Source: Marsupella aquatica (lineage: Eukaryota > Plantae > Marchantiophyta). Taken from it: a stretch of 64,000 nucleotides of DNA. The notes under the pieces are model-generated. The model was given only the letters and a program-made list of their open reading frames with translations. It was not told where the DNA came from and did not search any database. The stretch covers positions 18,409,987 to 18,473,986 of the forward strand of contig OZ316891.1 of assembly GCA_973895155.1 (NCBI GenBank), read 5' to 3'. A program made the translations under genes and the position numbers. How positions within the stretch are numbered: the first letter of the stretch is position 1; every line of letters begins with the position of its first letter. This document shows, one piece after another, positions 39,910-51,373 of the stretch.

Positions 39910-40893
39910 GGAAAATCTGATGGTTGTTGTGTGCTTTGTGTGGGACTCCTTGAGTCTATCCCACATATTTTCTTCTCATGCAGGCACGCCAGCAGGTGTT
40001 GGACTGATGCTCATGGGTGGATGCATGGTGCACTCTGCAATGGAACGCCATCCATGATTGGCCTTATCAAGTCTGCTGTGGGAAAATTACCTATTCACTC
40101 CCTTCGGATCTACACTACCTATCAGATTTTGTGGAACATTTGGTTGGCTAGGAATGCTCAGACTTTTGACCGGACTAGACATAGGATTTTTGATCAGATG
40201 CTGATTATTTCGGAGACCCTGGACCACCTGACTGCTGTTGCTGCGGCTACTTCCGTGCTTTCTCCTTCATCTTTGAGCCGCAAGCACCGGCGTCTATCAA
40301 GTGCCAAAGAACTGCTGGAGATCGAGCGCATTCACACTCTCAGACGTGGGTCGCTTCGGATTGTTTCCTCCATCATTTGATGGCGGCCTTATGAGAGATT
40401 GATTTATACTATGTGGCTATCTGGGAGTTTTGACTTCTCCTTTGACACCGTTACTCCCGTGATATATTTCCTCATACAGAGTGCCACTACCTCCCGCACT
40501 GTTTTCAATCTCTGTAGCTTATGGCTGCACCACTCTTGGTGGCCCTTACAGTTCATGCCGTTGGTTTTTTTCCTTCTCCCGCTACGGTATACACCCTCTT
40601 CTTACTAATTAGGTGGATTAATTCAGTACTAGACAATGGTTTGACACTTTACACTTTTACTCTGCTGACCTACCGCGCCTTTTGGTGCTTATTCCCTAGC
40701 TGTTACTTGCTGCATGGAACACTAGTAGAACGGCTTCGTAATCTTTACCTGATCTGGTGACCCTGGTTGAGTAACTCTTTGTTATTGCCTCCTTTGGGTG
40801 TTGAGGTTTTATGATGCCGTTTGGCCTGCTGGTTCCCCCATTCATGGGTTTCACGCGGAATAAATGTATAAAAAAATAAAAAATAAAAAAAAA
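39910..40893 (+). mobile_element. 5'-truncated L1-type LINE (3' end of ORF2, 3'UTR, poly-A)
   Basis: zf-RVT motif CVLC...ESIPHIFFSC and LWNIWLARN. AATAAA followed by an A-rich tail at ~40859-40893. Confidence 0.85.
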
Positions 40894-43800
40894 CCCAAAA
40901 TCTCCTTTTTACTACAAAAACCTCTACTTTACATTTTCACACAAAACCAAGCTATTCTCCATATAATCTAATTCCCTTACGACACCGGTCAATGGGTAGA
41001 GTCTAACAATAAGTACATAGGTGGCCCTTTTTTCCGTGCCAGTTCCTTGAGTATGCACTAAGAGCTTTGACTTAAAGTGGCTTAGTTTACAAGACACAGG
41101 GATACCCCATTGTCTTCATTTTTCTTATTTTTCTGGACTCTATAATGAGTGGCAGTTGCTGCAGGTGGCTTTAATTAGCAGAACTTATTGCCCATTCAAA
41201 GAACATAATTTTTGTGATGTTGCTATATGCTATACTAGCTCAATATATACCCGTGAGTTGCACAAAAGATATTGTGGAGAAAAAAGATATTGTTAAGAGA
41301 AAAGATGTTATGTCGCCCAGGATGTTGTTAAAAGAAAATATGTTATATTGCCCAAGATTTAGTCAAGCAAAAAGATGCCGTGCCGCCCAAGATGTTGTTA
41401 AGTTAGAGAAAAAATTCCGTTTTGCCCAGGATGTAGCTAAAAGAAAAGTTGTAGTTAAGGAAAAAGATGATGTTAAGTACAAAATGATCGATAAGTAAAT
41501 GAATGTCGTTGCGCGAGGGCAGTTGGGCAAGGCGAGCAAGGTGCGGGGTGTGGGTCAGGGTTGTCGGCAAGGGGGCGGCCGCCAGGTCGTCACCTTGGGG
41601 GGGTTCATTATCAAAATTTTTAAGAACCACATGCTCCAAAATAGGTATTTTTGATAGAAATCAACTAAATTTTTTAAAATTGTAGGAGGCAAAAGAAGGT
41701 ATTATAAACTCATGTTTATAGAATATGCTTTAATGCATACCTTTTATAAATAAAATAGGTTATTAATATTGAAAATAAAGAATATTTTATTTATAAAATA
41801 GGTCTATTTATATTAGACTAGGATTAACCTATTAAAAATATTTAAGAGCTCAATAGAGCTTCAAAGATGGGGTGCTTTGAGGTGGCACAAGTGATGGTAA
41901 CGTCCTCATATATATTAAGTAGAGCACAGTCTCAAGATCTTCTCCAATTGAATGATAGATGTGATAGTTTTGGCATTTATTTGTGCTATTTTCTAATTCA
42001 TACAAAATCTGCTATGAACTGGCTTTAGCTACAATTGCTTTACGCTATTGTGGCCTGTGTTGTGGACATCTTTTCCGCAAAACAAATAGTAGACACCATA
42101 TAGAAAATTGAGTGGCTTGCTCTACGTTTGTCATAAGCCTTTAGTTGCTTTGTGCCCTCTTGATCACACTACTATTGATAAGTCTCTTGCCCAATAGTGT
42201 CCCCTTATGGAATCCTCGAGCAGGTCAATTATGCCTGCTTGAACGGCTCCCTTCCCTTCCCCACGCTTCAAGCAATATATTTCCCGACAATTTAGGTAAG
42301 GAGTGTTTCCTGACAGATGGATGAAAATGACAGAGTCAGATTCAGGAATTTTTTTCAAGGTGAAAAAGGAAGATAACAGATTCTCATGCAATACCAAATG
42401 GGTCTCACAACAAAGAGCTGTCCCTAGTGACAATGATGACAACAATGCCGCGGAGGATGATTGCCAACACTACCTCCAACTAAGCTCATTAATTAAAACA
42501 CCCAAATTATGCAAAGAAACAAGGGGGTCCATTGATTAATTTATAGGTCAATAGGTGTCACCTAAAGAGCCCCTCAAAATAGAGCCTAAAATTAGAAAGG
42601 TACAAAGTTAACTTACTTGGTTTTCATTCACAATATACTATCTACATGGTACACTTAGTTGTATGTTTAAATTAACTTAGTACTTATCTTTCACCAGGAT
42701 AGGAGTGTACATCTCTTCCGCGCGGTTTTCGTGGCCCTTATTTATAAATGAAAAAAAACAATTTCAAGGAGTAGTGTACAGATCTTCTTCTTCCCTTTAA
42801 TGATACTAGCCTTGATTACCTGAATACAGGATTGCAAGCAACTTATAGAGGACTATACAATAAAAATGTCAACAAAATATATTTATTATTCACATTCTTT
42901 GAAGGTTAATGAAATGATTAAAAAATTATCATGATTGGGCTTATCATTTTTAATTAACAATCATAGATATCATAACATACTCCTTTCTATGCACATATAT
43001 TATGGTGGGACCCTAGAGTCAGGGTCTAGAGGTTTCACTCTAGAAACCTAGGCTTCAACTCTAGCTTCCCTTCACGTTGTACATATAAAATAAAATTTTC
43101 CTATTAGTTTCTTATAATTACTCTTTCAATATTTTTGAATGATTCATTTGGGATATGTGTTTCATAAACTAGTTATATTAATCAATACTCTACTAGACTT
43201 TGTTATTAATAAGTTAAAATACATGTGTCTTAGAACATGCCAGCTATATCAATAGAGTGTCTATAGATCCTATACACTAATAATAATAATTGACACAAGT
43301 ATATGTTGATGTAAACTAAAAGCTCTGATGGACTGATAGGTTGTCTATGAAACCCCCATGGACAAACCAAACTTGGATGGACTTGACTCAAACACACATA
43401 TATGCTTGGATACACTTGTGTACAAAAACTTGGGGGTTTCACTTCCACAAAAATGATATATCATGTGCAACAAAATATAGGGCCATTTTATTGGTTCGAA
43501 GGGAAGACTTAAGAATTTTTTGAGAAGAACAATAGGGTCTTTTAAATTCAATTTTGAGATTTATAAGAATATTAGGGTTCTTATAACCAAAATTTTGGAA
43601 TATTCCAAGAATATTCCAATTTTATAGGGATTGAAAAATAAATATTTGTTTCTTACATTTTAGGGGGTCTGAGGCATATAAATGTCACAAGTGATGGGGA
43701 GACATACATATAGTGAGACCCCCAATACAAAAATACCCTATCAGATCATCACTTCTGTCCAACTATCCAAAAGTACCATGTCAAAGCACCACCTCTGTCC

Positions 43801-46314
43801 ATTTTTGTCCAAGGGTACCATGTACCAGCCAGATCATCGATTGCAAACCTCCTTGTATTCTCTTAAAATTCTATTCCCTCAAGCTAGTCACTTTAACCAT
43901 ATTTTTAGAGTTCAATAAAAAAACATAAAATATGTAAGGTATCTTCAGATATTTGTAGTCCTTATCTGGCCTTTATGGTAAATAAAATTATGTTCTCAAA
44001 AAAATTGAGTTAATTTTGCTTTTGCTCATTGAAAAAACTATTTGAGAAGCTATGAGTAAATTGTGAAGAGCTATAATTATCTCAAAAATTTCAAATGGAG
44101 TACTAGATGTATACCTTTATTTCATTTCATATATGTTTTAAGTTCACTTTTAGGTGCACAGTCTGCTAACGTAATTAAAATGTAGGTAAAGAGCTAATGA
44201 GAACATTTATTACCTGTATTTTATCATCTTAGGTGTAAGATGCTCAATTTATGTGTCACATTCCATGGGGATGTTGGGAGACAACCTCCCTGTCCATTCG
44301 GGCTTTGGTTTCCTTATTTTTTCTAGAATTCTAAACTACCTCCAAGTGGTCGAAACATTTGCAAACTGTGCTTCGTTCCAGGTATTTGAAGTTATTGAAG
44401 CTAATTTCTAAAAGGCCCCCTTCTTGGAAATGTACTTAGGAGTGTTTTCTGGAATTTCAAAATGACGTGTAAAGATACCCTTTGACACTAGAGTCCATCT
44501 TGGTAAAACTGTATTGCAAAACATCGATCCACAGGTGTAAAATCCAGATCTTCATTTGGACAGTAATCGTCTTGGTTTCGTGATCTGTCTTTGTTCTTGG
44601 TATTTTCGCCCTTCAATTGAGACGAGTTCAGTCATCTGAGTACCTGGTGGTTTCCTAAGAGGTGATCGAAGCCACGGGCGGTCGTCTCTTTAATCGGGGA
44701 TTCCTCGTTGACGGTTTATTAGTATTTAGCATTTCGCCCTTTTTGAGCTTTCCCGGTTCTAATGAGAGAAAAGCCCAAGAGGTTCTCCATACCCTGAAAA
44801 CATAAAATTACAGAAAAGAAACCGAATAATTCATGAGCGTAATTTGTATTTTTCAATGTGCAGTATCCTTGTGAACAACAAAATTCCTACGATTTCCTAT
44901 TTTCGTGACCGCAGGCGATGGGACGGTCCAAATGGTCCACAACGGTAGGTAGGATCGATCAGCCTAAGGTTGAACTTCAGTGTTAAAGTCAGAGACATCC
45001 GTCCAAAGAGAAAAGATATACTGTCCGCACAAGTGTGATCAAACCGCAACCAGTTACTGCAACTGAAAGATGGGTTGCAGGGTCCAAGTGTTTTATAGTT
45101 CAAAATCGGCGGCCATCCTTGACAAGTAAAGTCGAACAGGGCGATGAAGCAGAATCTGCAGCAGTGATATGCATGATTTGGGTGTCAGAGAGTGTTGAGG
45201 TCACCAAATATCCCCTGAAAGCGAATCGTTAGCCATGCCCCACAGAATACTTGAGATTTGTATCATGCACCTTCCGTTTGTTGTGGCAGCACTTGAGATC
45301 AACCCCAAGCTCCCGCTGAGAGTCTGTCTGAACGTACACTTAATACACCCAACGTTACACATGATGGATAACTGGTTTGCAAGAGAACATTGACATATAT
45401 AATAGCTGACCCAGAGGAGACCCAAAATTGTAACTGCTGAGAAACAGGAACGGTCAATCATTCATGTATGTCACTATTGGGGTGGGGAGAGACTACTTAA
45501 AGTTCTTCCCCAATTTCGAAACAGGGACGGCCAATCAATTATTTCTAGAGTGTCATGCAATTAAGCCAATTAAAAGTGAGTCCTATGGTCAGGCAACCCC
45601 AAAATTTTCCTTCGAATCAACAGGACGTACACCTTGGGTCGGTAGGTTCATGGCGTAGAAAAGACTTCTGTGTGGAATTGTCGGTTTTAGTTGTCATTTA
45701 CGTGACCCAGATAATTAATTATATGAAAATATTCGGTATCGCGCCCTTTAAGGCATGCAGGTTGGAAATTGTTGTGACAGATCCGGATGCTTGTGACCTC
45801 GTCTCCGGAGTTTCCTATCACTGCACTGCGCCAGGATCAAGAGCTCCAGAGAGCCGGTGAAGAGGAGTTGTCCTTGCATGCTCTTAGATACATAGCTTTT
45901 AGAAATCACCTGTCCTTGTGGCCTCTTACTGACAAAATTATGAAGAAAAAATTTGAGCACGCTAAGTGTTACGTACTATCAATGAACAAAAGTGGTACTG
46001 TACGTACATCGGAAGACTTCCTATTTATCTTTGGACCAGAGACGTCCCCACCTCCTCGGTCCGGTCCGTGGTCAAATTCCGACTGAATTTGAGTAGCCGT
46101 CGTCCACACCTGTCGAATTCCAAACAGTCCCGGCCAGGCGCCCACCACTTGTGTGTACCGTGAGCGTAGTGCGTACATCTGAATACCCAATCATTGTCAC
46201 CTCAGTCTGTCACTGTTGGGGTTGACTACCCTGAGAGTAATTTACGAGCTGCATAATTATGTACAGAAGTCAATCAAGTCCAGAATTTGAGCTTTTGTCA
46301 GAATAATTCCAAAC

Positions 46315-48722
46315 TCAAGGCAAAAGAAGCCTGCCTTCTTTGTGAAATTTAATTTCGGGATAGGTTCTCTGTCTTAGAAGACTTGCGTTCGCCCCATAGA
46401 GTGGGATGCATGTCTTCCGCTTCAACCCGCTGTGAACTGCCGCAAATTCAGATACTGGATATCTAAGCACCACATCTAATGCCTCCTTCAGAGCATGATT
46501 CCCATGTCTGCTGTCAAACAGATTCACGAAACACAACTTGGGCAACGTTTCCAGGATCTCCACTATTGTATTGGCCATCGTCGTGGCTGCACAGTGCCCG
46601 ATTTGGTTGCCCAAAAGATTAAGCCATTCCAGCTGCGGCGCTTGTCCCTCACCTAGAGCTTCAAGAATTGCCAGCATTCCATGGCGAAGCCTGAACTCAG
46701 TCCCAATTTCACAGTATCCCAAGTTAAGCCGTCGGAGCCCTGAAAGATGCCCTGCTTGAATTACCCGCGATAAGGCCAATGCTCCCTTCACATTCAAAAT
46801 ACAGATAAGTTAATTAGACAATATATAGAGGTGGCAGCGAATCCGGTGGTCGGCTGGTGGAGATTTTTCTGAATGACCTTTAGCTCCCTTGTACAGCAAT
46901 ACTTCTCGACCTACGGTGAGGCACATCACGAAATGTGTGGCTTAAGAGTTATTACAGTTCTTTAACGAATTGAAACCCGAATGTAGAATATACGCGTGCA
47001 ATAATCTTGAACGACGTGTACCTGATCTTTGAACTTGTTCCACGATACGTCTAGATGCTCCAAATTGCATAACTGGCCAGACTCGAGTCCTTGCATAAGA
47101 GTCTCCATCTGCTCTCCATCAATGCCGCACGAAGAAAATCTCAAGTTTTGGAGTAACACCAAATTTCCGTCTTCTATTAGCCTCGCCAGCGCAATGCTCC
47201 CCGCGACGCCGATAGTGTTGCACGAAATATCGAGAGTTTGCAGGTTTATTGCAGGATTGCAGTGCAAAGCCCTCGCTAGCCCTACCGTGCCGTTTGATCG
47301 TAGCAACTGTCCCTTTATGACGAGCTTCTTAATTTGGGTCATATGTCCTGCCTCAAACAATCTGTGTACATCTGACGCCGTTGGCTCCTCGATTGGATCC
47401 GTGCCTGCAAGTGATATGAGTTTTTCTCCAGAGTCAATGATTCTGCGTTTGATTGGATACTTAATGAGATGGCTGATTCACAACTATCTACACAATTTCA
47501 GCTTTGCAGTCAAATTCATAATTGGTAATCTCCGTCGTACTGAAGGTCTTCACCTGAGAGAACCAAGGCTTTCAACTGCGTAATCTTTCCTTCATGGATA
47601 GCATCCGCAATCTCCCCAATATTGCATCGTGGCAAGCCAAGGTGTTCTAAATTTGCGAGCCGGCCGGACTTCAGCGCCTTAATAATTGCAGCGTTTCCCT
47701 CATCTGTGAAAGTACAGTGGCCGGACAAATCGAGGAATCGTAGGACCGGCAGATTGCCGACGGTTAGGAGTTCTGCCATCATGGTGATAATCTTCTCGTT
47801 TTCGAAGAGGCAGCCGGAAAGGTTGAGTACCTGCGATAACACTCGCAACACGAAAACATCAATCATCACCAGCCGGGCAGATTTCCAAGAATTAATCAAT
47901 GACGTATCTAAACACTTTCTGCAAAAGTTTGTTTCTCAGTCTCCAAGGAAAAATCTCTCAGTTTGGAGGAGTTCTCGTCATAAATGATCAACTTCTGCAA
48001 CTTTTCTTGATCTGAAAAATCGCCAAATTATATATATTCAATGGCTAGTGCTCTATCTATTGCAGCATTGTACTGCCATGGTAGGATGGGCGGGCTCGTC
48101 TATTAAAGTAACCTATTGGTCGTCTATTCAAGAACAGCTCCTAAGTTCTATTCAAGAACAGCTCCTAAGTTCAGGAAAACTCGGACAGATCTATCATGCT
48201 GCGCATTTTAATTCGGATAGTGATCAATTCACGCCCATTCTTATAATGTTGAGGAGGGGCTTGAACGTTCATTTTTCATACGAAGGTCATTGTTCTATTT
48301 CCTGTCGTGATTAACCGTCCTCTATGCAGAATCCAGGAAACTCGGTAAAACAGATTTGTGAATCGTTATTGGGAAAAGCTTTGCGGGAGGGATTCCAATC
48401 TTACTTGTAGTCTGGACAGGTCAACTTCCCTCATCGCCGCTATAAGGAGAAGCAATTGCGGATCCCCGACTGTCCGCTCCCTCTCGTGACCTGTATAATG
48501 CAGGTCAATGCACTCGCTCTTCTCCAGCTCATTCAGGATGGAGGAGATGATTTCCTGGATGACATCTTGGTCTTCGTCTGGATTAACCTCCCTCAGTTGG
48601 AAGAGGCTCTCTTTCAAGACCGAGATCCCGTGCTGGCGTGGGAACCCCATGGCTGCAGAAAAGCTATAAGATCGCATCGACGGCTCGCTGGAAGAGCGAC
48701 TTGGCTGCCGTTGAAGTCCCAT
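46315..48722 (-). CDS. RNI-like (ribonuclease-inhibitor-type) leucine-rich repeat protein, ~482 aa, 4 exons
   Basis: Exons 48722-48405, 47830-47554, 47404-47022 and 46785-46315 join in frame (1449 nt). Repeated LxxLxLxxCxI/NxI units with GxxxLAxxL helices (LQTLDISCNTIGVAGSIALARLI, LEHLDVSWNKF, LRRLNLGYCEIG). Confidence 0.85.
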
Positions 48723-51299
48723 GGCTGCCTGCTGGCGAGCTGTATCACGACTTCACGAGAGAATGGAGGAGGGTATTCCCCGAAGAACCAGACAGCGAAG
48801 TCTTTCATTCAGCTATGGAGGCTGAATCCGTATGCGCACAATGACGACAGCGATCATATGACGTCGTGTGAGTGGTGGTAAGTGATCACATGTCTGCGCG
48901 CTTCTAATCATCGCTCCCAATCCTTCGATTTGACGATGGACGACATGGCAGCAAAACATGTGCACGAATTCTCAAGCATATGACTTTCTTCTGCACGGCG
49001 CTCCTTCAGTAGAGACCTCTCTTTCTTCTTCCCTAAAACCATATTTTAATTAAAGGCCTCTTTCTCCAAAGCCGGACTCGACTACTTAGGGGGACTTTCC
49101 AAAGACTGTGGGGGCCTTTCAGTCTCTCCATCCAAAGCCAAGCTTACCCATATACTAACGTTAAAACGGTCAGTCCATATCCTAAAGTTAAAATGCCTAC
49201 TGTAGTTGGGTTTCATTGGAGGTAATAAATTCAAACCCTTGAAAAAAAAGCTACACTACAGCTTGCTCCATTTTGTAGACCACCTGGAGAGGACTTCCAG
49301 GCAGGGTTTTGACCAAAAAACAAGTATATATATCAGCACAAAAAAAGAGGGACGCATTAGGGGCCCACTGGCAGATGAATTAGGTTTGGTAATGGTTTTG
49401 ATTGTGCCCTCAAGTTCATGTAAATTGAAGTTTGGATTGTTCACAAATTTGAATGACTAGGATTATTGCTGCCCCCAGTTCTCGCATAACCAGGCTCAAT
49501 TTGACCAACCTGCCCTCCTTTGTGAGTGTTGGTTTGTGAAGGAGCAAAATTGGTTACTTCTGTCATCGTTCAGCTTTCCCCTGGCCAGTGAAATTCACGC
49601 TGGGATGTATCTACACAGCTGCCAGGTTGCAGCTAAACTGCCGCTGTCTCGGGAGGAAAACCAGGTGGATCCAGGCTACCAAATTAGTCACTAATCTTAG
49701 TTTTTAAGTGAGAAGCAAAGTGCACTATAATTTTGTTCTCCCCAAAACTGCTGGGCACGGGTGGTTTCAGAAACTCTTAGATTATTAAAATTAATACATC
49801 CAAACACAATCTCATGAAATTCTAATTTTCATAGGAAGAGGAATCTCATAGAGTCAAGGTTACCCAAGGTAACTATAATTAATTAAATTACACCTGCCCC
49901 TATAAAAAGGGTTACAAGTAACCCCTAGCTCTCATTGTAAAGAGCACAGGTTCAAGAATGGGTTTGAACTCCACAAAAAGTGCTGACTGCAAAATATTAT
50001 TTTGGCAAGTATTCCACAACAGTGCTAGTAGTGGTGAGACATGGAATGAGGCTTCCATGAGGCTTTATAGTGGTAGGTGTGATGTAATCAACTACCCAAT
50101 ATTGATCAATCTTACTTTGAGATGGGAGTGCCAGGTTGACTCTAAGAGCATTAATACCTAAGTAAGAATTCAGAACTTTGAATAGCACCACGTCATACTA
50201 ACCCGGCCAGTGTCCACTAATTGTTGAGTCCCACGCAAGTCACTATTTTGATTCTCTTCATCTATTATTGGTGAAAAATATTTGTGGAATCTATTATGAG
50301 AAACAAACAAGTCACCCAAAAGAAAAAGAAAAACACCAAGAACAAAGGATTTAGTAAACCGATCCGCTATTGTATTCAGCGTACGTGGTGCTAGGAAGCC
50401 CAAAGAAAATGGCATTGATGCAATTTCTGTTTGAGTTGACACGGAAGTTAAGATTTTTTCATTGTAGCCGAAGCAATTTAAAGTCCTCCCTTGGCTGAAA
50501 TTGTTCAATGTTAAGCTGTCAACAAAACATTGGAAATTGGAAAAGTAACGCTTTTCAGGAGAATGCACAGTGCACAAAGAAGGAGAATTTGTTTCAGAGT
50601 AAAGTTTACCAAAATTTGGACTCAAAACTTATTTAACCTTAGTCATCCCCTGTTGAGAGTTATTGGTGATGACTAGAAGCTATTGAAAGTCGTCTTGCGC
50701 AGGAAATTGTGCAATGAAATTGAAAAACTGTTAGGCGGTTATTTTGACCACTGCACTCCCGGGAGACCCTCACCTCATACAAATGTGGTCCTCCAACTGA
50801 ATTAATAAAACAATGAGATGAAAAGTTGGAGGATTAAAATTTCATCTTGGCCCAGACATTAAAAACATCAAAATGCCATTTCATAGCTTCCACATTATAC
50901 TACTTGACTGATAGAACCAGGACTGATGGATATTTTTTTTGTCTTTTTCTTCACTAGCTTGTGTATGACAAATCTTTTAATGGCATATGACCACTCTTTG
51001 TGGCATAAAGTTATGGATTATAAATTTGGTAGTTCATAATTCTAATCTTAGCTTAGTAATTAAAGTACATCACATTTTGAGGTTTGTGAGGTTTGTGACC
51101 CCCTCTTGGCACGCATCTGCTTTGCCATCCTCATTGATTGATAGTTTTAACTATGATTAAAATGCTGTGTAAATATGGATTAGTGTTGGTTTTGAAGGTT
51201 CAAACTGAAGCCGCCACAATTCTACTGTAATACTTTGGTGAGTACGTTGGTTGTTTTGGCAGCTGGTAATTAAACAAGGTAATTAATCTCTGAAGGATT

Positions 51300-51373
51300 C
51301 GTCGTGATACATGCATCCGTCAAATATCTTTACTCCGGACACATAACTACTGACGGATGCATGTATCACGACG
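51300..51373. other. Perfect 23-bp inverted repeat with 28-nt loop (hairpin)
   Basis: CGTCGTGATACATGCATCCGTCA (51300-51322) pairs with TGACGGATGCATGTATCACGACG (51351-51373). Confidence 0.9.

Larger units (their letters stand above)
37808..40984 (-). mobile_element. Internally deleted Ty3/Gypsy element: 3' LTR 37808-39168, integrase C-terminus 39170-~39909, 5' LTR stub 40891-40984
   Basis: Termini TGTC...GACA with imperfect inverted repeats. CCGG direct repeat at 37804-37807 and 40985-40988. About 94 bp of LTR shared between 39074-39168 and 40891-40984. PPT GGGGGTGAA. Integrase motifs TTAYNPEANGKSER and WGGPYVV. Confidence 0.88.
34790..41008 (-). mobile_element. Ty1/Copia retrotransposon, Bianca-like lineage; truncated in integrase, with its 5' LTR split by a Gypsy insertion
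   Basis: Gag MANLEKLTFPALEIDGNNYLEW (36341). Protease-region RNLLSFRDI. GAG-pre-integrase LWHARLGHPG. Integrase IHADVYGP, LRVDNAGEF, GIYIGFDSPSII. PBS CGTTATCAGCAC at 37722-37711 (Bianca-type). Short LTR TGTTAGAC...ATCACA reconstructed from 41008-40989 plus 37807-37723. Confidence 0.85.

Noticed and set aside
41214-41500. K/D/V-rich 94-aa ORF
   Set aside because: It is a translation of degenerate AAAAGATGTT repeats, with no supporting gene structure.
48122-48170. 24-bp direct repeat in LRR intron 1 (and a similar ~45-bp duplication at 1643-1730 in an ABCG intron)
   Set aside because: Ordinary slippage duplications with no further structure.
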